Positions 18,003 through 25,931 of a DNA stretch of 25,931 bases are shown piece by piece; the stretch's first letter is position 1; each line of letters opens with the position of its first letter. Under the pieces are notes generated by a model. It had not been told where the DNA came from and ran no database searches. It worked only from the letters and a program-made list of their open reading frames with translations. The DNA is from Bdellovibrionia bacterium (GTDB taxonomy: Bacteria > Bdellovibrionota > UBA1018). The DNA lies in NCBI GenBank assembly GCA_045805065.1, contig JBJMMA010000005.1, forward strand, positions 1 to 25,931, in the 5' to 3' direction. The position numbers and the translations under genes were made by a program.

Positions 18003-18773
18003 ATGATTCTCGCACTCGATGTTGGCAACAGCCAGATTCATGGCGGCGTCTATGAAGGCGATCAGCTCAAGATGCAGTTTCGCAAGAACACGAAAAACAG
18101 CAACTCATCCGATGAGCTGGGACTTTTTCTTGTCGCTGTCTTAAGGGAAAATGGAATCGATCCGAAATCCGTTTCCCAGATCGCCATCTGTTCGGTGGTA
18201 CCTGAAATCAATCACTCGCTCAAAGGCGCGTGCTCCAAGTATTTTTCGCGCCAGCCTTTCTTCTTGCAAGCAGGGACAAAGACCGGTCTTAAAATCAAAT
18301 ATCGCAATCCGCTTGAAGTGGGATCTGATCGCATCGCCAACGCGATCGCGGCAGCTCATCTTTATCCCGGAAAAAACGCCATCATTGCTGATTTCGGAAC
18401 GGCTACGACTTACGACGTTGTGACTTCTGAAAAGGAATACTTAGGCGGACTGATTCTCCCGGGCCTTCGGATTTCAATGGAGGCGCTTGAAAGCAAGACG
18501 GCAAGACTTCCTGCGGTTGAGATCATTCAGCCCACTGAGATCGTGGGACGGAGCACAGTTGAGAGCATTCAATCCGGGCTTTTTTATCAAAATCTTTTCG
18601 CCCACCAGGGCATTACCGAGAGAATCAAATCGCAATATTTTGCCAACAGCGAAGTCGTCGTTTTAGGAACAGGCGGATTTTCCCGGATGTTTGCGCAAGA
18701 AGGCGGATTTCACGCCGTCATCCCGGAGCTTGTGCTCATGGGATTGAATCTTGCGCTCCATTATAATTTGTGA
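18003..18773 (+). CDS. coaX: Type III pantothenate kinase
   Basis: LDVGNS, SVVP, EVGSDR, DFGTATT, GGLILPG, GTGG motifs. Confidence 0.96.
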   Translation: MILALDVGNSQIHGGVYEGDQLKMQFRKNTKNSNSSDELGLFLVAVLRENGIDPKSVSQIAICSVVPEINHSLKGACSKYFSRQPFFLQAGTKTGLKIKYRNPLEVGSDRIANAIAAAHLYPGKNAIIADFGTATTYDVVTSEKEYLGGLILPGLRISMEALESKTARLPAVEIIQPTEIVGRSTVESIQSGLFYQNLFAHQGITERIKSQYFANSEVVVLGTGGFSRMFAQEGGFHAVIPELVLMGLNLALHYNL

Positions 18774-18806
18774 TCATAAACCCCTACGCAAAAAGCGAGT
18801 ATTATC

Positions 18807-19154
18807 ATGAGAAGAACACTTCTGAAGTCCAAGATCCATCGTGCAACCATCACTCAAGCTGACCTCAATTACGAGGGCTCCATCTCCATTTGCCCAAAGC
18901 TTGTGGAAGCCGCCAATCTCCTCGAGTATGAGCGCGTGGAAATCTACGACTGCAACAACGGCAATCGTTTTGCGACGTATGTGATCCTTGGCAAAGAAGG
19001 ACAAATCCAGGTCAATGGCGCTGCAGCTCGCATGGTTCATCCGGGCGATATCGTGATTATCGCCTCTTATGCCGAATTTGATGAAGCCGAAGCCCGCGCC
19101 CATCACCCGATCAAAGTCTTCGTGGACTCAGGTAACCAGCAGAAATCATTGTGA
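18807..19154 (+). CDS. panD: Aspartate 1-decarboxylase proenzyme
   Basis: KSKIHRA, YEG|SI autocleavage site, [20 protein letters not shown]. Confidence 0.98.
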   Translation: MRRTLLKSKIHRATITQADLNYEGSISICPKLVEAANLLEYERVEIYDCNNGNRFATYVILGKEGQIQVNGAAARMVHPGDIVIIASYAEFDEAEARAHHPIKVFVDSGNQQKSL

Positions 19155-19158
19155 TTTC

Positions 19159-19191
19159 TAACTGTTAAGGAGTCTAAAACTCCTTAAGTTA
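19159..19191 (+). terminator. Stem-loop just after panD (possible terminator or operator palindrome)
   Basis: Perfect 9-bp inverted repeat TTAAGGAGT(19165-73)-CTAAA-ACTCCTTAA(19179-87), extendable by TAAC/GTTA. No strong U-tract. Confidence 0.5.
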
Positions 19192-19211
19192 TCGAGAGAA
19201 AAGTCCGACAA
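19185..19211 (+). promoter_or_regulatory. Candidate sigma28 (FliA) promoter
   Basis: TAAG-N15-TCCGACAA versus consensus TAAA-N15-GCCGATAA. It ends 7 nt before ATG 19219. Confidence 0.55.
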
Positions 19212-19218
19212 GTCTTTG

Positions 19219-22176
19219 ATGACTACCGTTCGGACCAGCAGATTGATCTGCATCACGATCTCAGCATGGGCGCTGTACCTTCCTTGGGGCTCTCAGGGGA
19301 TCTCCCAGGCCGGAGATCCACCTCACTCTACGACGGTGCCTGTCTCGATTCCAGACTCAACTCCGAGCGGAAAGCGCGATCCTCACTGCCCCGAGCTCTT
19401 GCAAAGACTTCGCTCGAGTCTCGCCAAGGCAATGGATGACTCAACGGCAAACAAGCTTGAGGCGATGTCTGAAGCCCGTCCAAACGCTCTGACAAAGGTT
19501 TCGCGGGAGGCTCGAGACGCGGTCCTCAAGAAGATCAAGGTCCATTTCTACAATGCCCAGCCCATTGAGATTCTGGATTCTGGAATTGGTCTGAAAACCA
19601 CTTATGTTGCGCTCGACAAAGCAGGGGCAATTCCTGCTGAAAAAGCCATTGCAGGCGCTGCAGATCAATACGTTACCGAGATTGAAGCAACCATCAGGGC
19701 GGCTGAGACTTATCCTGCACGCTGGAAAGAGCTCATTGACGTTGAAGTTCAGGCTCAGTGGCGACTTGAGAAACTGAAAACAAAACAGGCAAAGATCAAA
19801 TCCGATCATATCCAGCAAAAACAATGGCTCAAGGCACTCGATGAAGAAAAGGTAAGACTGTTTGACATCCCTGCAGGCCAATCCGTTGAAGTTGAACTCC
19901 CCCGTTTCAATGAAAAGGGAGAGTTTCAGGCGTCCTCGCATCACGTGAAATTTGAATCTGTGGCTGCCGCAAAGAAAGCGGTTTCAGACGCAGAAGCCAA
20001 ACTCAGAAAAGGAATCGAGTTTGATGGTCCGCATTGGATTGATCTGGATGTCATCCGAAACAACGACGTCCTACCCGTTCCACACTCTTACTCTTTCGGA
20101 AGCACCGCCGATGTTGAAGTCGCGATCCGAAAACTGGAACGCCAGCTTGAGACTCTGAAAGGCAATTACAAGACAGAAGGCTCGTATCTCAATACCGCTG
20201 CAGGACAAGTCGTTAACCTCAAGGAACTTGAGACGATCCGCAACGTTCTGAGAAGCGAAAGACAGAACCTGCAAAGCAGCGGAAAAACCTTAGCCGATGA
20301 CGCTCAAACTTATTTCGACTCTCAAATCGCAAGAATTGACGCGATCATCGATCCGATGAATACGCCTAAGGATGGATTTGCGCCTCCTCGGGTTGCCTTT
20401 GATAAAGTCAGGACAAAGCAGCTCCTCAATGAGCTCAAAATGTTCCCAAAGAGCATCAAGGACGACATCAACAAACCCATCAAATCCCGCAAGCAGTGGG
20501 ACAATATGGGTGGCGGTGTCCTGGATAGCACTTCCAATGGTGAACTCCATCAACCTGGCTTGAAACTGGAGACCGCCCAAGACACAGCCCCCCCTCCAAT
20601 CACTCCGCCTGTCGATTCAGGGTTTCCTGGAGGTCAGGCTTCCTGGCTGAGTGCTGACGTGGGAACGGCTGGACCGATTTCAACACTTCCTTCGGCAGGC
20701 TCTGTTTTCAGTCGCTTCAAATCCAGAAGGACTCCTCTCACCGACCGCTACGACACGCTTCTAGGTAAGCTTGGCGCAATTGATCCTGCAATCATTGAAG
20801 CCTATGGTCAGGCCAAGCCAGGCATGGCGCTCGCGCTTTGGAGAAATGGCAAGATCGTGACCTGGACAGGCGCATTGGCTGGGGCATTTTACACTGCGAC
20901 GCCTAAATCCTGGTTTGATGCCTTGCTCACTATAGGTGAAACCTCAGACGAAGCGCAGATGAAACTTTGCGCCTCTCAAGGAGCGAAACAAGTCGGAGAC
21001 CTGTACGTCAATTCAGATCCCAATCAGAACACGGCATCTGACCAGTCTTTCCAAGATTGTTCGATTGCGTTCATCAAAACCAAGTTTGTAAAAGACTACA
21101 TGGGCGAGCTCTCCAAGGACGACAGCACGGTTGAAACCCGCAAAGACGCCGACTTGATCGAGATCGATCCAAGAAAGGTCGCCACTTCTCGCACCAAAGG
21201 AAAATTCTTCAAGAACAAGAAAACAGGCGAGATCTATGTCCGGCCGGACCTCACTTCGGTGGCCTTTGCCCAACAGCCTGGCGTCAGTTTTGACCCCAAG
21301 CTTCAGCTGATGAAAATCAACATCGATAAAATCCCAGTAACGGGAAGCGATGGCCCTCAGCATATCGTGGAAAAAAACCCGGAAAATGGCAATCTCGTGT
21401 TTCACGTGGATCGATTGGCCTCAAGCGATTCAGGTCTCTATTCCTTGAACAATAACCATGAGATTGTACTCTCACCAAGAATCAGCACCTACGTCGATAA
21501 GCTTCTGCAGAAGCGGCGTAAAATCATGGGCTACCGAAACAACCAGTCGAACGTGGAAAGCGTTCTCAGACAGTTCTTCTCCAATGCAAACCCATGTTCT
21601 GACCCTTATTACACGCGTTGGATCACGGCCAAATCCCCGGACGAGTACAAGAAGGGCTTCCTCTCCTGCGTTCGCTTTCTTTATCCAGGCTTTATGCGTT
21701 TGGGAGATACTGAAGCGCTCGTCAACCAACTTCTTGATGCAAATCCCGACAAGCAGTCGGATCTGCTGAAGCCTCTGGTCACGATGGATGCAACGTTTGG
21801 AAATTACGTTTGCTCGCTTCTCTCTTGGCGATCCACTGTTGCAGATCCTACAGGAACAGCAAATGTGACGTCTCCGCTGATCTGTCAAAACCTCAGCACT
21901 TATGCTGGAGCTTCGAACACAGGCTGGCCATTGGGTACGCCTCCTTGGGGTAATGGAGTTCCTGGCGCCTGGAACCCAGGTGGCGGATGGGGCACTGTAC
22001 CTCAACCTGCTACAAATGGTGCCGCGGCACCTGCAACGTCAGGTGTGCCGAGTGGCGGTACCCCTCCGGCACCTCAAGCTGCACCAGCGCCTCAGAATCA
22101 GGGAGCACCAACCTATATTCCAGGCTTAAGTGGCCCACCAACGCCGAATATGACGCCTTCTCAATTCTTCTACTAA
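19219..22176 (+). CDS. Large hypothetical exported protein (985 aa)
   Basis: Long ORF with signal-like N-terminus, charged helical/coiled-coil N-half, central hydrophobic segment, several Cys and a Pro/Gly/Trp-rich tail. No family recognised. ATG 19219 preferred over TTG 19216. Confidence 0.85.
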   Translation: MTTVRTSRLICITISAWALYLPWGSQGISQAGDPPHSTTVPVSIPDSTPSGKRDPHCPELLQRLRSSLAKAMDDSTANKLEAMSEARPNALTKVSREARDAVLKKIKVHFYNAQPIEILDSGIGLKTTYVALDKAGAIPAEKAIAGAADQYVTEIEATIRAAETYPARWKELIDVEVQAQWRLEKLKTKQAKIKSDHIQQKQWLKALDEEKVRLFDIPAGQSVEVELPRFNEKGEFQASSHHVKFESVAAAKKAVSDAEAKLRKGIEFDGPHWIDLDVIRNNDVLPVPHSYSFGSTADVEVAIRKLERQLETLKGNYKTEGSYLNTAAGQVVNLKELETIRNVLRSERQNLQSSGKTLADDAQTYFDSQIARIDAIIDPMNTPKDGFAPPRVAFDKVRTKQLLNELKMFPKSIKDDINKPIKSRKQWDNMGGGVLDSTSNGELHQPGLKLETAQDTAPPPITPPVDSGFPGGQASWLSADVGTAGPISTLPSAGSVFSRFKSRRTPLTDRYDTLLGKLGAIDPAIIEAYGQAKPGMALALWRNGKIVTWTGALAGAFYTATPKSWFDALLTIGETSDEAQMKLCASQGAKQVGDLYVNSDPNQNTASDQSFQDCSIAFIKTKFVKDYMGELSKDDSTVETRKDADLIEIDPRKVATSRTKGKFFKNKKTGEIYVRPDLTSVAFAQQPGVSFDPKLQLMKINIDKIPVTGSDGPQHIVEKNPENGNLVFHVDRLASSDSGLYSLNNNHEIVLSPRISTYVDKLLQKRRKIMGYRNNQSNVESVLRQFFSNANPCSDPYYTRWITAKSPDEYKKGFLSCVRFLYPGFMRLGDTEALVNQLLDANPDKQSDLLKPLVTMDATFGNYVCSLLSWRSTVADPTGTANVTSPLICQNLSTYAGASNTGWPLGTPPWGNGVPGAWNPGGGWGTVPQPATNGAAAPATSGVPSGGTPPAPQAAPAPQNQGAPTYIPGLSGPPTPNMTPSQFFY

Positions 22177-22192
22177 AGGGATGTAAAAGAAT

Positions 22193-22750
22193 CTAGGCAA
22201 CCTTGCCTGGGCCCTTCCCTGCGCCGATATGGGCAGAGAGTGAGCGAATGAGATCGTCTTCGGTCCAGGACCCATCGTATTTTTCACCGTTGATGAAAAA
22301 TCCAGGCGTTCCGCTCACTCCGCTTCGAACGCCGCTCATAAAATCCTGCTGCACGTGCTGCTCGACGGACTCACGCTCCTGCCAATCACTTTCAAAGCGC
22401 TCAGGGTCCAGGCCCATGTCATTGGCCAGAACGCGGATCTTCTCCTCGCTCAAAGACGTATGATTTTCATAAAGCGCATCATGCATCGGCCAGAACTTGC
22501 CTTGAAGTGCCGCGGCCTCCGCAGCGCGCGCCGCAGATCTTGCCAGCGGATGCGCCTGACTGAGCGGAAAGTTTCTGAACACAAATCGGATCACGCCATC
22601 CATTCGCGAAAGTACACGCTTCAAAATCGGGTGAGCTTTTGCGCAGAACGGGCACTGATAGTCTCCGTACTCAACCAGAGTCACCGGAGCATCCATGGGT
22701 CCTACGCTATGATCCTGCGCGGTCACTTCCTTGGTCAAACGCGAGCCCAT
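22193..22750 (-). CDS. DsbA-family thioredoxin-fold protein (no signal peptide)
   Basis: G..DAPVTLVEYGDYQCPFC, FRNFPL...HP, QGKFWPMHD, GVSGTP.FFING. Confidence 0.92.
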   Translation of the reverse strand: MGSRLTKEVTAQDHSVGPMDAPVTLVEYGDYQCPFCAKAHPILKRVLSRMDGVIRFVFRNFPLSQAHPLARSAARAAEAAALQGKFWPMHDALYENHTSLSEEKIRVLANDMGLDPERFESDWQERESVEQHVQQDFMSGVRSGVSGTPGFFINGEKYDGSWTEDDLIRSLSAHIGAGKGPGKVA

Positions 22751-23269
22751 TTACGCAACCTCCGACTTGGCCTGATCCGAATTTGCATTATCCGCTGAAA
22801 GCTTCTCAAGCGCATTCAAGACACCATCTGCCCCAGGGTTCACGCCGATCGGAGATTTATAGCTCCAGGCGATGTTACCCTCTTTATCAATCACATAGAG
22901 CGCGCGCTCGCAGACGCCTTCTTTCGCGCGATAGGCTCCGTAAGCTTTTGCAACCGCGCCCTTGGGCTCAAAATCGGACAAGAGCGTGAACCGAATGTTG
23001 CGCTCTTTTTCAAAAGCGAGATGACACCAGATGCCATCGACCGAAATCCCAAACACTTCAGCTCCGTGTTTTTTGAACTCCGGTGCAAGCTCACCGAAGA
23101 TCGCAAGCTCATCGCTGCACACTGGACTCCAATCCGCAGGATAGAAAATCAGAACAACCGGCGAACCTTTCAGCTCACTGAGCGACACTTTCTGATCCGG
23201 CGTACAGGAAAGAGTGAATTCAGGCGCGCGGGTTCCAGGTTTCAAAATTTCTTGCTGGGGCTCTTGCAT
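22751..23269 (-). CDS. Peroxiredoxin (AhpC/TSA family, AhpE-like)
   Basis: G..APEFTL, FYPADWSPVC (PxxxSxxC), GISVD, LLSDF, ERALYVID. GGAG Shine-Dalgarno before ATG 23269. Confidence 0.9.
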   Translation of the reverse strand: MQEPQQEILKPGTRAPEFTLSCTPDQKVSLSELKGSPVVLIFYPADWSPVCSDELAIFGELAPEFKKHGAEVFGISVDGIWCHLAFEKERNIRFTLLSDFEPKGAVAKAYGAYRAKEGVCERALYVIDKEGNIAWSYKSPIGVNPGADGVLNALEKLSADNANSDQAKSEVA

Positions 23270-23314
23270 GCGGCTCCATGCTTGCAATTCCCCGTCCACG
23301 AAGGACAAAAAAAC

Positions 23315-23905
23315 ATGACAGACGCTCGCTTCAAAATCTCAAGTCCTGAGTTCCAACCTTTGGAGGAAATCCCTGTTCGTTACTCCGCCTTAGGCGCAAA
23401 TATCTCGCCTCCCTTGCGGTGGTCCGGCGCGCCGCGCGATACCGTCGAGCTGGCTCTGATCTGTGAGGATCCCGATGCCCCCATGCTCAAGCCATTTGTG
23501 CACTGGATCCTCTATGGGCTGCCTGCCACTGTTTCAGCTCTACCTGCTGGCATTCCCCAGCAAGAAGAGTTTGAGCTTCCTGTCTTAGGCCGTCAGGGAA
23601 AAAACTCGCTGATGGAGATTGGCTACACAGGCCCTAATCCCCCTTTCTGGCATGGCGCTCATCATTACATTTTCAAACTCTTTGCTTTGAACAAACATAT
23701 TGAACTTTGGCCAGGCGCTGGACGCGAGGATTTTTATAAAGCCATCGAAGGCGCCGTCATCGCAGAAGCGCGGATTGTCGGGCTCTTTGAAAAAGCTCCC
23801 GCTCAGAAAGTTCGCGGTGCGCTCACCTGGCTTGCCGCGGGCGCGGCAGGAGTGGCGGGCGTAGCTGCATGGAAGTATCTCTCGCCTGAGAAGAAAAGCG
23901 CGTGA
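23315..23905 (+). CDS. YbhB/YbcL (PEBP, Raf kinase inhibitor-like) protein with C-terminal hydrophobic tail
   Basis: NISPPLRWS, EDPDAP, FVHW, GYTGPNPP, HHYIFKLFAL. AAGGA upstream of ATG 23315. Confidence 0.9.
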   Translation: MTDARFKISSPEFQPLEEIPVRYSALGANISPPLRWSGAPRDTVELALICEDPDAPMLKPFVHWILYGLPATVSALPAGIPQQEEFELPVLGRQGKNSLMEIGYTGPNPPFWHGAHHYIFKLFALNKHIELWPGAGREDFYKAIEGAVIAEARIVGLFEKAPAQKVRGALTWLAAGAAGVAGVAAWKYLSPEKKSA

Positions 23906-23934
23906 AGTCACCCGAGGCTCTATGAGCAGCTCCT

Positions 23935-24402
23935 ATGAGTAGATTGAGACTTGGACTTCTTTTGACAGCGCTTGTGGCATCTCATCTCTCCTCTTGCGGG
24001 AGTGAGACGCCTGGCACGGCGTCAGTTCCGCCGCCCCCTCCTCCTCCTGCCCAGGCAGGCGGAACAGGGAGCGCAAGTCCGTCGCCTAGTCCCTCGGAGG
24101 GCATCGTCTGCTCGCAGGTCTATGTCTATGGAATCATGGTCCGTGTGATTGGTCCGACGGGGAATCCGATCCCGAATGCCCAGGTGGTCATCCGAGAGGG
24201 TGCTTATACAGAGACCTTGGGCCAGCTTGAGGTTCCCTCGCCTACGGGCATCTATCAAGGCGCCGGAGAGCGGCCTGGGACCTACCAGCTCACGGTCTCA
24301 GCCCCTGGATATGTCCCCCAAACCTTTAACAATTTGGTCGTTTCGGGGGGCGTCTGCCATGTCACGCCGGTAACTCGAGAAGTTTCTCTTTTACCCTATT
24401 GA
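23935..24402 (+). CDS. Lipoprotein with Pro-rich linker and carboxypeptidase-regulatory-like (prealbumin-fold) domain
   Basis: Lipobox LSS-C, poly-Pro and SP repeats, then V....G.PIPNA.V and PGTYQLTVSAPGY. Two further Cys may form a disulfide. Confidence 0.8.
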   Translation: MSRLRLGLLLTALVASHLSSCGSETPGTASVPPPPPPPAQAGGTGSASPSPSPSEGIVCSQVYVYGIMVRVIGPTGNPIPNAQVVIREGAYTETLGQLEVPSPTGIYQGAGERPGTYQLTVSAPGYVPQTFNNLVVSGGVCHVTPVTREVSLLPY

Positions 24403-24428
24403 CGTCGGGCGACGAGTAGCGCTATATC
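24399..24428 (+). promoter_or_regulatory. Candidate sigma70 promoter for tRNA-Val
   Basis: TTGACG-N18-TATATC about 30 nt upstream of the tRNA. Confidence 0.4.
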
Positions 24429-24459
24429 GTTCGAACACGTTCCGCAAATGGACATATGT

Positions 24460-24512
<53 letters not shown>

Positions 24513-24534
<22 letters not shown>

Positions 24535-24989
24535 TTTTTAAAATAAAAAGGGCTGCCTGAAAAGGCGGCCTTTTTTATTTTCAGGATCGTTGGTTTGTCT
24601 GGAGACTGAAACGGCACGGCCTGTCCTTTGGCTCTCAATGCGTGCTCGCGTCTAATTTGCGATCCATGGCCGTAGTACGGAAGCTTGCCTGCTTTCCCAT
24701 GAGCCGAGTTTCCAACAAGAGGTGCCTGGCACTCGCCACAAAAGATGCGAGTTGAGAGCAAGTACGGATAACGAGATTCGCGCCCATTCTTTTGCATCTT
24801 CCCTTCAGCAAGAACCTTCTGAGCGCGATCAAAGAGCGCAGGATCAATCCATGCTGGCCAGACCGCCGGAACTATTTCCACTTTGCCGCCCTTTTTCCTG
24901 ATCATGCGACTTCCAGCATAGGCCGAGTTTGCAATCAGTCGATAGAGCGAATCAAAAGTGAAATGCTTACGCCTTGGTCTAAATCCTGT
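24513..24989 (-). pseudogene. Internal fragment of a large serine recombinase (end of recombinase domain plus start of zinc ribbon)
   Basis: The frame extends upstream of the track ATG to a TAG at 24990-92: TGFRPRRKHFTFDSLYRLIANSAYAG...WPAWIDPALFDRAQ...YLLSTRIFCGEC...YYGH. This matches L..N..Y.G / P.II....F...Q / YLLS....C..C. No catalytic domain and no coiled-coil. Resemblance is lost near 24640. Confidence 0.8.
24540..24581. terminator. Bidirectional Rho-independent terminator
   Basis: AAAATAAAAAG-GGCTGCCT-GAAA-AGGCGGCC-TTTTTTATTTT: GC-rich stem flanked by A and T tracts. Confidence 0.9.
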
Positions 24990-25091
24990 CTAATGCGAAA
25001 GAACGTGACCGATACCGTGCCGGCGGATCTTAACAATTCCTATGGGCCGGGTCTGCGGGGAATTTCACTTCCCAACGGTAGCCGTCTCGAT

Positions 25092-25289
25092 TTAGAAACG
25101 AGGTGCCCGAGGCTTTTTGAGGGCCCGTTTGCGAGCGGCGATAGCCTTCTTCTTTCGTTTCACGGAAGGCTTCTCGTAGGCTTCTCGCTTTCTGATCTCA
25201 TTCAAGGTTCCAGCTTTTTCACACTGCTTCTTGAATTTTTTCAGTGCTCCTTCGAATGAGTCTCCTTCTCGGATGAAAATTCCAGGCAT
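25092..25289 (-). CDS. rpsU: 30S ribosomal protein bS21
   Basis: [58 protein letters not shown] upstream of ATG 25289. Confidence 0.97.
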   Translation of the reverse strand: MPGIFIREGDSFEGALKKFKKQCEKAGTLNEIRKREAYEKPSVKRKKKAIAARKRALKKPRAPRF

Positions 25290-25436
25290 ATAGATTGACC
25301 TTTCTCGGTATAAAGCTGATTCAAAGGCACGAGCGCGTTTGATTGATCGGTGGTTCCATGGACTACAACAAATCTCCCTGCCATTCAAGAATCCTTCGTC
25401 GGGAGCACACCGGGAGCATCTTATTCCGAAAATGGC

Positions 25437-25679
25437 TTAGAAATAGACGATCCAAACGCCATCATTCGTGCGGCCATCCTTAAGTTTCTCGGGTTTGTAG
25501 GTGTAGCCGCCCAGTTTCAGCGCCTTAAGGGCCTCCTCGCGGACTTTTCCTGTTCCCTTGCCTGTCATGATTCTGCCTTGCTTTAGCCCGCAAGTTTCCG
25601 CGTGCCGAAGAAAACGATCGATTCGAGGCCAAACCTCTTCGACTCGGCAGCCATGAAGATCCAACAGATCGGACGCCAT
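25437..25679 (-). CDS. Stand-alone Smr/MutS2 C-terminal domain protein (80 aa)
   Basis: LDLHG, IMTGKGTG and N.G...V motifs. ATG 25679. Confidence 0.9.
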   Translation of the reverse strand: MASDLLDLHGCRVEEVWPRIDRFLRHAETCGLKQGRIMTGKGTGKVREEALKALKLGGYTYKPEKLKDGRTNDGVWIVYF

Positions 25680-25931
25680 GCTCTTATTGGACCACGACTT
25701 AGACTTGCCATCCAAGAGAGTAATAAGTGCTCAAGCAGGCTTTCGTGAAATCGCGCCGGAATCGTCAAGTCGGAATTGCGGGAGTTTTATCCAGGACCGC
25801 TCGGAAAGTCCCATGCTATCGTATCCAGACGCTAATTACCTCTTGCTACCGCAAAGATGCCTATCGCTGATTGTCGGTGGCCAGGGCTTCGTTTGGTTTT
25901 CGACCAAGTTTAATTGGCACACCTCTGGCTA

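Noticed and set aside
25680..25931. Possible ncRNA or gene in the last 250 bp
   Set aside because: No recognisable RNA family, convincing hairpin or credible ORF; context is cut by the window edge.

Overview
Bacterial chromosomal window, mostly housekeeping and accessory genes. The mix of orphan PAS/CHASE3 histidine kinases, a large secreted hypothetical and a sigma28-like promoter suggests a Bdellovibrionota/Oligoflexia-type organism; this is inference only. Left to right: 3' end of an R3H-domain gene, NTF2-like/RRM fusion, a composite remnant of two duplicated gene ends, DUF4136-like lipoprotein, Ski2-like helicase, ferritin-like (DUF455) + ATP-grasp fusion, PAS kinase, M3 peptidase, DEDDh exonuclease, ComEA-like lipoprotein, a small lipoprotein ORF missed by the track, two more kinases, a panG-panB-panC-coaX-panD operon, a 985-aa secreted protein, DsbA-like and peroxiredoxin pair, YbhB-like protein, lipoprotein, tRNA-Val(GAC) with terminator, a serine recombinase relic, rpsU and a stand-alone Smr protein. 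The most striking structure is at 1-1949. Two different cargo genes are each bracketed by an R3H-gene 3' end and a helicase-gene 3' end and are stacked in tandem. The duplicated ends differ mostly at synonymous sites and are joined at a microhomology.
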